Shown here in pieces: positions 53,473-61,853 of a stretch of 64,000 nucleotides of DNA. The notes beneath the pieces are model-generated. The model worked only from the letters and a program-made list of their open reading frames with translations. It was not told the DNA's origin and ran no database searches. The translations under genes were made by a program, and so were the position numbers. Within the stretch, counting starts at the first letter, position 1. Every line of letters begins with the position of its first letter. The stretch is from Spirochaetota bacterium (GTDB lineage Bacteria; Spirochaetota; JAAYUW01; JAOAHJ01): positions 11,638-75,637 of the forward strand of contig JAOAHJ010000026.1 in the NCBI GenBank assembly GCA_026415295.1, read 5' to 3'.

Positions 53473-53700
53473 TTAATTTTTAATCAACCTTTCAAGTCTT
53501 GCTCTATCAAAACCTATTATAATTTCACCATTAAAATCTATAACTGGAACACCAGTTTGGCCTGATTTTTTAACCATTTCTAAAGCTCTAGAGTAATCTT
53601 TACTAACATCTACATCTTCAAAATCAATATTTTTTGATTTTAAAAATTGCTTTGCTAACTGACAATATGGACATGATGGTGTAGAATAAACAATTATCAT
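53473..53700 (-). CDS. Glutaredoxin-like protein (NrdH/YruB type)
   Basis: YSTPSCPYC, SGQTGVPVI, IIGFD. SD GGAGG. Confidence 0.93.
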   Translation of the reverse strand: MIIVYSTPSCPYCQLAKQFLKSKNIDFEDVDVSKDYSRALEMVKKSGQTGVPVIDFNGEIIIGFDRARLERLIKN

Positions 53701-53733
53701 ATATTCCTCCTAATTTAATTTATCTCTAAAATA

Positions 53734-53762
53734 AATATAACAATACAAGTTTATATTGTCAA
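53734..53762 (-). promoter_or_regulatory. Sigma70 promoter of the glutaredoxin gene
   Basis: TTGACA (53762-53757)-N17-TATATT (53739-53734) with an extended -10 TG. Confidence 0.7.
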
Positions 53763-53808
53763 CTATTAATTTTTTTTTAATTTATTAAAAATTTCATACT
53801 ATTTTTTA

Positions 53809-53846
53809 TTGATTTTTATTTTTCTTTTTGTTATTGTTTATTTATG
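53809..53846 (+). promoter_or_regulatory. Sigma70 promoter, likely leaderless, of the MarR gene
   Basis: TTGATT (53809-53814)-N17-TATTGT (53832-53837) with an extended -10 TG. The ATG follows 6 nt later with no SD. Confidence 0.55.
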
Positions 53847-54344
53847 AAAAATATAGAAAAAAATGAAATTAAAAATATTAATTTGAATAATATTTTTGAA
53901 AAGATAGAGCAAATTTATAAAATGTTTATTATTTGTAAAAAAAGAATAATTAAAAATTTAAATATTACTCCAGTAGAAACAAAAGTTCTTGATTTAATAA
54001 ATAGCAATATTAATTGTAATCAGATGAGCATTGCAAAAGCGCTAAAAATAAATAAATCAAGAGTGACAAGAATAGTCTCAGAATTACTTGAAAAGAAGCT
54101 TATTGAAAGAACACCATCACAAGATGACAGAAGAGTATATTGTTTAAAACTGACTTATTATGGTCAAGAGATTCTTCAAAAAAATAAACAACTTTGTTCA
54201 ACTCTTTTTGAAAACTCCATATTAAGCAATCAATCTTCAGAAGAATATTTACAAGACTTTTACAATTGTCTTACAAAATTTTTAGAAAAACTTGAAGAAT
54301 TTGAAAAAGAACTATCTTTAAAGAGCAAAAAACTTTATTTTTAA
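53844..54344 (+). CDS. MarR-family transcriptional regulator (Cys-rich)
   Basis: IAKALKINKSRVTRIV..L..KKLIER..SQDDRRVY.LKLT..G. Five cysteines. Confidence 0.92.
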   Translation: MKNIEKNEIKNINLNNIFEKIEQIYKMFIICKKRIIKNLNITPVETKVLDLINSNINCNQMSIAKALKINKSRVTRIVSELLEKKLIERTPSQDDRRVYCLKLTYYGQEILQKNKQLCSTLFENSILSNQSSEEYLQDFYNCLTKFLEKLEEFEKELSLKSKKLYF

Positions 54345-54405
54345 TCTTTTAAAGTAGAAAATATTACAAAATATTATTTTAATTTAAATTTAATTTATTT
54401 TTAAT

Positions 54406-55113
54406 TTAATATGAGTTTAAATTAAAATAAGAGCATTGCTTGCCAAAATAGTCATAACCAATATTTGGGTTATTGGGGTCAATTATCTCTTTTGAATAAT
54501 CAATAATAAACCTATAAAAATATCTACCTGGTTTAAGTTTCAAACTTATTTTCCAAAATCCATCTTCTTTATAAAGTAAATATTCAAATGGATTCCAGTT
54601 ATTAAATGAACCTGCAACATGAACAAACTTTTGGCCTTTGTCCTCCATCCAAAAAGTAACAGTTCCATCATTATTCACAACCGGTGAAATAGAATAAAAA
54701 TTTACATCTTTTGGAATTTCTAATAATGATAATTGGTGGTCATTATTATCTCTATAAGTTCTTGAGTTATTAGGATCAAGAATCCAAAAATTATCCACAT
54801 TAAATTTATAGACATAAAAACCTTTTTTTAAAGGTTTTTTTAAAAAATAGTACCATATATCGTAAAAAGACTTTTTCATACTTTCCATATACTGCCAATC
54901 AAAAAATGAGCCAGATATTTTTACTATTTTTCCTGGTCCAGAGTAAGTAAACAAAACTCCATTAGAATAAATTATTGGTTCTGAAGCTTTAGATATATTG
55001 TTTAAATTATTTTCATCTATTTTAGTATTTGTAAAATCGATATAACCTAAAAAAATAGAAGATAAAAATAAAATTAATAATAAAACTTTTATTTTACATA
55101 ATTTAAAATACAT
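54406..55113 (-). CDS. Exported protein with two CBM48/AMPK-type glycogen-binding domains
   Basis: Signal/TM segment, then two repeats of V...GSF..W ... G.Y.Y.F.(V/I)D....DP.N. Confidence 0.85.
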   Translation of the reverse strand: MYFKLCKIKVLLLILFLSSIFLGYIDFTNTKIDENNLNNISKASEPIIYSNGVLFTYSGPGKIVKISGSFFDWQYMESMKKSFYDIWYYFLKKPLKKGFYVYKFNVDNFWILDPNNSRTYRDNNDHQLSLLEIPKDVNFYSISPVVNNDGTVTFWMEDKGQKFVHVAGSFNNWNPFEYLLYKEDGFWKISLKLKPGRYFYRFIIDYSKEIIDPNNPNIGYDYFGKQCSYFNLNSY

Positions 55114-55202
55114 ACAAGTACTCTTTTATTTTATTTTTCAATGTTTATTATACTTTTCGAAAGATTTAAAATTAGGTTTAATTTTCTTTGAAAATTTTTT
55201 TA

Positions 55203-57590
55203 TTATTTAGATATAATATTACCAAATGAAATATTTTCTTTCTTTGAAATAACCACAGCTTTAGCAACATCATTTGTAACTTCAGTTACTTTAATAATAG
55301 CAATCATTATATAATTATTATTTTGATCCACTTTATACACTTTTAATTCGTCCCCTACTTTTACTGAACCTATTTTTTCAATTCTAAATCTTAAAACCTC
55401 TGTGTCTTCACTATAGAAAATAACTCTTCCAAGGATCTCAAATTGGGCTTTCTCTATAAGTGTTTGCGCAGTTATAACTGTTTGGCTTACATTTTTCAAA
55501 CTTTCTGCAATTTTTTCATCTATTCTTTTTAAAATTTCAATTACCTGTTTTGTGTAAGAATTACCAGGATACTTCAAAATTATATCATAAGCTTTTACTT
55601 TAGCTTTATTATAATCACCTGTTTCATATAATGAATTTAGTTCCCTAAGAAGTTTTATAACCTCATTATCCATTCTACTTAAATCTAAAGATTTCTGAAA
55701 ATTATAAGCTATGTCAATAACAGATGGTAAATTAGAAGAAAATGAATAATTTTTTATAAAACTTCTACAAAGATCAATACCTTCTTTAAACTTGTTTTCT
55801 TGTTGAAGTCTTAATATTTCTTCGTACACTTTTGAAGCCTCATTTTCCAAATCTTGTTTTTCTTTTTTATCAATTAATAAATATGAAACTTTAATAAAAT
55901 TTTCCATACTTTGTTTATCAATTTCAGTAGCGACAAAATAGTTTGAAAAAGCTTTTCTATATGTATTGAAAGCTTCTTCATATCTTTTGTTCTTAAAATA
56001 ATCATTAGCTAAAGTTAAGAGCTTAACCTTTTCATTATAATAATTCTCTTCATTTTGTAATTTATTTATAAAAGATGAAAATGTATCAACCAAAGATACA
56101 TAGTAATTTCTTCTTTCATTATCAATCTTTTTACTATCTTGAGAATTTGTTAAATAATCCTTAAAATCATTTAACTTTTTAATCGCTTTATCGTAATCTT
56201 TCTTTCTTATTTGATTTGAAACATCAAGCAAATAATCTGATATATTTTGTTGTATTTTTAACTCTTCTGTTGACATTATTTGAACCTGAGAAAGTTTTTT
56301 TTCAAGTTCCTGACTTTTTTTCTTTTCCTCTTCAAGTTGTTTTTCAAGGGAAGATATTTGTGATTTTGTTTCCTCTATATTTTTTTCCTTCTCTTTTATT
56401 TGGTTTTGATAAACCTCTTTATCCTGTTGTAATTTTTTCTCTACTTCAGCAACTTTACTTAAGTATTCTTGTTTTGCTTTCTCAACTTCATTTCTCAAAT
56501 CATTCATCTGTTTATTATAATTTGAATTAATTTCTGAAACTATTTTATCATATTCTTCTTTTGAAATTGTATTATTTTTTAATAACTTTTTTTGTTCTTC
56601 AAGTTTAGCAAGATACTCTTCGTAAATTTTTTTCTGCCTTTCTTCAAGTATCTTATCTTGATTTTTTAAAAACTCTTCCTTTTCTTTATTTACCTTTGTT
56701 AACTCATCCTGAACCTGAGAAAGCATTGATTCTAACTTTTTCTTTTCTTCTTCTTGTTTTCTCTTTAACTCTTTAATCAGTATTGCTTCTATGCTTTCAA
56801 TTTTGGCTACCTTTTGACTTCTTTTTATTTCTTCATTTTTAGAATAGATCAAAAAACCACCAAAAGCTAATCCTGAAACAGTTATTAACAAGATATAGAG
56901 AAAAAATATTGTTTTAGTAAAGGAGATAGTATTTTTCAAATAAAATGATATTCTTTTTCCAACATCACTTATTTTTAAAGATTCAGAAATCCTCTCAATC
57001 TCTTCAAAAATTCTTTTTTTATCTTCTTCAGTTCCTAAATACTCATCATCAGACTCACTTTCTTTATCATTCCCTGAATTTTTTATAGCCCAAATTTCTT
57101 CCTCTGCTTTTCTTATTTTTTTATCCTCAATATTGTTTTTAATAATATTTCTATCTTTTTCATTATTATCATTTATAGCTTTATTTAATTCTCTTGAATA
57201 TTCTTTTAATTCTTTAATGTTAATTTTATTAAAATTTCCTAAACTTATATCCTTTATAATAGAAGATAAATCAATTAAAAATATTTCTTCATTCTTATAT
57301 CTTATAATTCCATCAATATATTTATATTTAATATTCATATCAATATCGAATTCATTAATTTTTAACTCTTCAATATCATCTGAGAGTTTAATAACAAAAT
57401 TATTTAATATAATACTAAAATATTTTTCTTTACTAATGATACTATCAGTTATCTCCGTAAAAATATTATCTAATTCTATTTTATTTTTTGCATTTATAAA
57501 GTAATTTTCATCAACTTCTTCATGTAATAGATCTTTTAAAATTCCTACCTTAATTTTTCTATAGTTAATAATTAAAATATTTTTCATCAT
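55203..57590 (-). CDS. Membrane protein: CheW-like N-terminus, TM, coiled coil, TPR-like helices, beta-rich C-terminus
   Basis: TM near aa 225-248, long K/E/Q heptads, TPR-like A..YF....YEEA...Y..A. Terminal domain calls are by eye. Confidence 0.5.
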   Translation of the reverse strand: MMKNILIINYRKIKVGILKDLLHEEVDENYFINAKNKIELDNIFTEITDSIISKEKYFSIILNNFVIKLSDDIEELKINEFDIDMNIKYKYIDGIIRYKNEEIFLIDLSSIIKDISLGNFNKINIKELKEYSRELNKAINDNNEKDRNIIKNNIEDKKIRKAEEEIWAIKNSGNDKESESDDEYLGTEEDKKRIFEEIERISESLKISDVGKRISFYLKNTISFTKTIFFLYILLITVSGLAFGGFLIYSKNEEIKRSQKVAKIESIEAILIKELKRKQEEEKKKLESMLSQVQDELTKVNKEKEEFLKNQDKILEERQKKIYEEYLAKLEEQKKLLKNNTISKEEYDKIVSEINSNYNKQMNDLRNEVEKAKQEYLSKVAEVEKKLQQDKEVYQNQIKEKEKNIEETKSQISSLEKQLEEEKKKSQELEKKLSQVQIMSTEELKIQQNISDYLLDVSNQIRKKDYDKAIKKLNDFKDYLTNSQDSKKIDNERRNYYVSLVDTFSSFINKLQNEENYYNEKVKLLTLANDYFKNKRYEEAFNTYRKAFSNYFVATEIDKQSMENFIKVSYLLIDKKEKQDLENEASKVYEEILRLQQENKFKEGIDLCRSFIKNYSFSSNLPSVIDIAYNFQKSLDLSRMDNEVIKLLRELNSLYETGDYNKAKVKAYDIILKYPGNSYTKQVIEILKRIDEKIAESLKNVSQTVITAQTLIEKAQFEILGRVIFYSEDTEVLRFRIEKIGSVKVGDELKVYKVDQNNNYIMIAIIKVTEVTNDVAKAVVISKKENISFGNIISK

Positions 57591-57798
57591 TATAGCTCCT
57601 ATTCTAAATATAAGATTAAATTAAACAAAAATATGTAAATAATAGTTATATATATTTTTATAAATATAATTATATCATAAAATTTTATTTTTTCTATATT
57701 TTATAATTCTTTTATAAATTTTTATATTTACTTTTTTTTTTATTTTATTAGATTAAATTTTAAAAACAACAATTATGTATGGTATGTTAAAATAAAAA

Positions 57799-58515
57799 AT
57801 GGACAAAAAAAAAATTAAAATAAAATTTATATATTGTCTTAAATATTTTTTACTTTTATTTTTATTTATGAACTTATTATCATGCAAATCAATTGGTTTC
57901 TATAAATCAATCTCTGAATCTTTCGTTAATATAAGTTATAGATTATTTACAAATAAAGATCTAAATATTATATTTGGAGTTATAGATAAAATATCGGTCC
58001 CTCTTTTTAGTCAACAGATTGAAAATCCTATCTCAAATTTTTTTTCTATTTTAACCCCTTTTGATATACTTCCTGAAATTAAAAAATCTGAGCAAATTAC
58101 ACTTTATCCTTGCTTTTTAAGTTTAACCGTTTTAAACTTATTAGAAAATAAGTTAACTGATAAAATTGATATAATAGATTTATATAACATTTTTAAGCAA
58201 TCTCTACTTTATTGTTTTGAAGAAAAAGTTATTTATAAAAGTTTAAGTTTATCATCAATAAATTTAATATCTATTTATAAATTCAATCAAACAATCCCTT
58301 TAATGAATTTCTTAATGAATCACATTAATTATAATGAAAAAAAACTCTATGAAACCATAGAAAAATATAAAAATAAAGAAATAGGGAAAATAAAATATTT
58401 AAATTTGAATTTTGGATACTTTTTTCTTTTTAAGAATCAAAATACTTTTGAAAAAAATAAGATCTTAATATTCTCAAATAAAAAAGAATTAATAAAAATT
58501 AAAATTCATTATTAA
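57799..58515 (+). CDS. Hypothetical lipoprotein
   Basis: Basic N-terminus, hydrophobic stretch, LLSC lipobox-like motif. TGtTAAAAT (57785-57793) ends 5 nt before the ATG. Confidence 0.5.
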   Translation: MDKKKIKIKFIYCLKYFLLLFLFMNLLSCKSIGFYKSISESFVNISYRLFTNKDLNIIFGVIDKISVPLFSQQIENPISNFFSILTPFDILPEIKKSEQITLYPCFLSLTVLNLLENKLTDKIDIIDLYNIFKQSLLYCFEEKVIYKSLSLSSINLISIYKFNQTIPLMNFLMNHINYNEKKLYETIEKYKNKEIGKIKYLNLNFGYFFLFKNQNTFEKNKILIFSNKKELIKIKIHY

Positions 58516-58519
58516 AATC

Positions 58520-60502
58520 CTACATACTCTTAAGCTCATTTATTTTTTCTCTTAAAAATATTGCATTTTCAAAATTCCATTTTTTTGCTTCCTCTTCCAT
58601 AAGATCTTTCAAAATTTTTATAAGTTTTTTTCTATCCTCTATATTATATATATTATAACTTTCAAGCAAATCTTCATAAACAACATCTTTTTTAATTTCT
58701 TCTTTTTTTATTTTTTCCCTTTCAATAAATTCAGATTTCTCTTTACTTATCGATTTAGGTATTATTCCATATTTTTCATTATATTCAAGCTGTATTTTTC
58801 TTCTCCTTCTTGTCTCTTCTATAGCAACTTTCATAGAATCAGACACATTATCACAGTACATTATTATTTTTCCATTAACATTCCTTGCTGCTCTACCCAT
58901 CATTTGGATTAAAGATTTTTCTGATCTTAAAAAACCAACTTTATCAGCATCAAGAATAGCAACAAGTGAAATCTCAGGGATATCTATCCCCTCCCTTAAA
59001 AGATTTATCCCTACAAGTACATCAAATTTCCCATTTCTATAATCTGATATAATTTCAACTCTTTCTAAAGTTTTTATTTCTGAATGTAAATATTTTGCCT
59101 TTACACCTTTTTTTAATAAAAATTTGGTAAGGTTTTCTGCATTTTCTTTTGTCAAAGTTAAAACAAGAACTCTTTCATTTACTTTTATCCTACCTTCAAT
59201 CTCTTTTAATAAATCATCCATCTGTCCTTCACTTTTTCTAACTTCAATTTCTGGATCAACTAATCCTGTTGGCCTTATGATTTGCTCTACTATTATGTAA
59301 GAATTCTTCTTTTCATATTCACCTGGTGTTGCCGAAACAAAAATTATTTTTTTAAAATATTTTTCTACTTCATTAAATTTTAAAGGTCTATGGTCTAAAG
59401 CTGATGGTAATCTAAACCCATATTCAACAAGTATCTTTTTTCTTGAATAATCCCCATGATACATTCCAATAAGTTGTGGAATAGTTACATGTGATTCATC
59501 AATAATTATTAAAAAATCTTCAGGGAAATAATCAAGAAGAGTAAAAGGTGGTTGGCCAGGAAGTCTACCAGAAAAATATCTTGAATAATTTTCAGAACCT
59601 TTAACATACCCCACTTCTGTTAACATTTCTAAATCATACATAGTCCTTGACCATAATCTTTTTGCTTCTATTTCCTTTCCCTGTTTTATTAATTCATCAT
59701 ATCTTATTTTTAGCTCTTCCTCTATCTGTTTAATAGCAATCTTTCTTACCTCTGGAGTAGTTACAAAAAAATTTGCAGGATAAAGATAAAATTCACTTAT
59801 CTCCTCTATTTTATTACTGGATAAAGGATCTATTATATAAATTTTCTCAATAATGTCACTAAAGAAAAATACTCTAATAGCATCTTTAGAATAGGCTGGA
59901 AATATATCAAGAATATCTCCTTTTAATCTAAACTTACCTCTTACAAAAGAAATATCATCCCTTTGATAATAAATAGATAAAAGGTTATATAATAAATCAT
60001 TAATTTTTATCTTTTGATTTTTATAAATATGTATTCTTTGTTTCTTGAACTCCTCTGGATTTCCTATACCATAAATACAGGATACTGTTGCAACAATAAT
60101 CACATCTCTTCTTGAAAGAAGAGCTTCAGTGGCTTTAAGTCTTAATCTATCTATCTCTTCATTTATTGAAGAATCTTTTTCTATATATAAATCCCTTTTT
60201 GGAAGATATGCTTCTGGTTGATAATAATCGAAATTTGAAACAAAATACTCAACTCTATTTTCAGGAAAAAAATTTTTAAATTCTCTATATAGTTGTGCTG
60301 AAAGAGTTTTATTATGAGAAATTACAAGAGCAGGAAGACCTAATTTCTCAATAATGTTAGCACAGGTAAATGTTTTGCCTGAACCTGTAACTCCAAGAAG
60401 TGTTACTTTTGTTTTACCTTTTTCAAAAGATTCTATAATTTGCTCTATTGCTTTTTGCTGGTCATAAGCTGGTTTAAAACTCGACTTTAATTTATAATTC
60501 AT
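58520..60502 (-). CDS. uvrB: Excinuclease ABC subunit B
   Basis: GVTGSGKT, HNKTLSAQLY, DYYQPEAY, IDESH, GFRLPSA, GINLLREG, GRAARN, C-terminal UVR domain. Confidence 0.98.
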   Translation of the reverse strand: MNYKLKSSFKPAYDQQKAIEQIIESFEKGKTKVTLLGVTGSGKTFTCANIIEKLGLPALVISHNKTLSAQLYREFKNFFPENRVEYFVSNFDYYQPEAYLPKRDLYIEKDSSINEEIDRLRLKATEALLSRRDVIIVATVSCIYGIGNPEEFKKQRIHIYKNQKIKINDLLYNLLSIYYQRDDISFVRGKFRLKGDILDIFPAYSKDAIRVFFFSDIIEKIYIIDPLSSNKIEEISEFYLYPANFFVTTPEVRKIAIKQIEEELKIRYDELIKQGKEIEAKRLWSRTMYDLEMLTEVGYVKGSENYSRYFSGRLPGQPPFTLLDYFPEDFLIIIDESHVTIPQLIGMYHGDYSRKKILVEYGFRLPSALDHRPLKFNEVEKYFKKIIFVSATPGEYEKKNSYIIVEQIIRPTGLVDPEIEVRKSEGQMDDLLKEIEGRIKVNERVLVLTLTKENAENLTKFLLKKGVKAKYLHSEIKTLERVEIISDYRNGKFDVLVGINLLREGIDIPEISLVAILDADKVGFLRSEKSLIQMMGRAARNVNGKIIMYCDNVSDSMKVAIEETRRRRKIQLEYNEKYGIIPKSISKEKSEFIEREKIKKEEIKKDVVYEDLLESYNIYNIEDRKKLIKILKDLMEEEAKKWNFENAIFLREKINELKSM

Positions 60503-60710
60503 ATCTTGTTTTTTATTCCTTTTATTATGCTTATTTCTATTATTATGATTTCTTATTATGAATAATTAAACATTCTTTTAATTTAAATATTATTTTTATA
60601 TAATTTTAATCTTTATAATAAAAAATTATCTAATAACTATCTATTAAAATAAAAACTTACATATATTCTAGAAATTATTAAGTTTTTATTAAAACACCGA
60701 AAAATAAGAT

Positions 60711-61748
60711 ATGATAGAGTATAATAAAAAAATAATATATACATTTACTAAACCCATTTTACCATCTCTATTAATATTTACAATATTATTATCCTCTTTT
60801 GCAATTCCACAAACTATCTATGCAAAAAATATAAATGAGGTCTTCAATAAAATAAATGAAGTTTCAAATAATTTTATAAATAAAATAAAAAGTAAAATAA
60901 TCAAAATATTCTATTTTGACAAAAAACAAAAATTTATAAAATATGAAAATCAAGTCTTTTTTGCAAAACTATATCTAGAGACAATTCTTGAAAATTCATT
61001 ATATGAAGGGCTAAATTACATTGATAGATCATCAAAAGAAAAAATCAGTTTGTATTATCTCGAAGAAATCGAAAGCAATTACAAACCTTTAATTCTAAAT
61101 AAATATAAAGAATATTATTTTTCTTTTTATTCAAATAATAATGACTTTAGTAAAATTTACTTATATTTATATAAGCCCAATGGAAATATTATAAAAAACT
61201 TTATTGTTAAAAATATAAATTATGAGATATTAGAAACAAATAATATTTTTATTGCAGACTCTATAGAAAAAAAATTCTTTTTCGTAAATATATATTCAAA
61301 TTTAAATTATTTTGATAAGGAAGTTTTTATTTACACATGGGCTCCAAAATTATCACTGCTTGATTATATATTGATCTTTTCTCTTTTACTTTTAATTATT
61401 TTTCTAATAATAATTACCCAAACTTATTATTCTATTCTTTTAGAAAAAAAAATAATTAATGTAAATGAAAAAAATGAAATTTTAGAATTAAATAAAAAAG
61501 AATTCAGCTACATTAACCTAAATGATGAAAAAAATAACTCAATTAATTTTAAAAAGAAAGATACCAATAAAAGTTTAATTGAAAAAACAAATTTTTTGAA
61601 TAATAATTATAAAGAAGATAAAATTGAATCAAAAATAAAAACTAGCGAAGATAATTTAAATCTTATTGAAAACAAAAATTTAAATGAAAAAGAATTTAAT
61701 TTTGATAAAGAAATTAAAGAAATAGAAAAAGAAATATTGGATTTATAA
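60711..61748 (+). CDS. Hypothetical membrane protein
   Basis: N-terminal signal/TM, second TM near aa 217-240, charged C-terminal tail. Confidence 0.6.
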   Translation: MIEYNKKIIYTFTKPILPSLLIFTILLSSFAIPQTIYAKNINEVFNKINEVSNNFINKIKSKIIKIFYFDKKQKFIKYENQVFFAKLYLETILENSLYEGLNYIDRSSKEKISLYYLEEIESNYKPLILNKYKEYYFSFYSNNNDFSKIYLYLYKPNGNIIKNFIVKNINYEILETNNIFIADSIEKKFFFVNIYSNLNYFDKEVFIYTWAPKLSLLDYILIFSLLLLIIFLIIITQTYYSILLEKKIINVNEKNEILELNKKEFSYINLNDEKNNSINFKKKDTNKSLIEKTNFLNNNYKEDKIESKIKTSEDNLNLIENKNLNEKEFNFDKEIKEIEKEILDL

Positions 61749-61853
61749 TACTTTATTTAATCAATATATTTAAAAAAATTAGATATTGGATTTAATTTAT
61801 ATATTAATTTTTTTTTATAATAAATTAAAAAATAAAAAATTGGGAGATTATAA

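Noticed and set aside
57805..57814. Poly-A10 at the start of the lipoprotein gene and other A/T runs as phase-variation tracts
   Set aside because: Runs of 8-10 A/T are everywhere at this base composition.
60522..60560. Three TTATTATG copies upstream of uvrB as an SOS-type operator
   Set aside because: Low complexity, irregular spacing, and no match to a LexA box I recognise.
46698..60703. Sigma28-like -10 boxes (GTCGAAAA at 46705-46698, TTCGAAAA near 55161-55154, ACCGAAAA at 60696-60703)
   Set aside because: Spacing to a TAAA -35 element is inconsistent, fitting N15 in only one case, and that site also has a TATAAT. Not supportable without TSS data.
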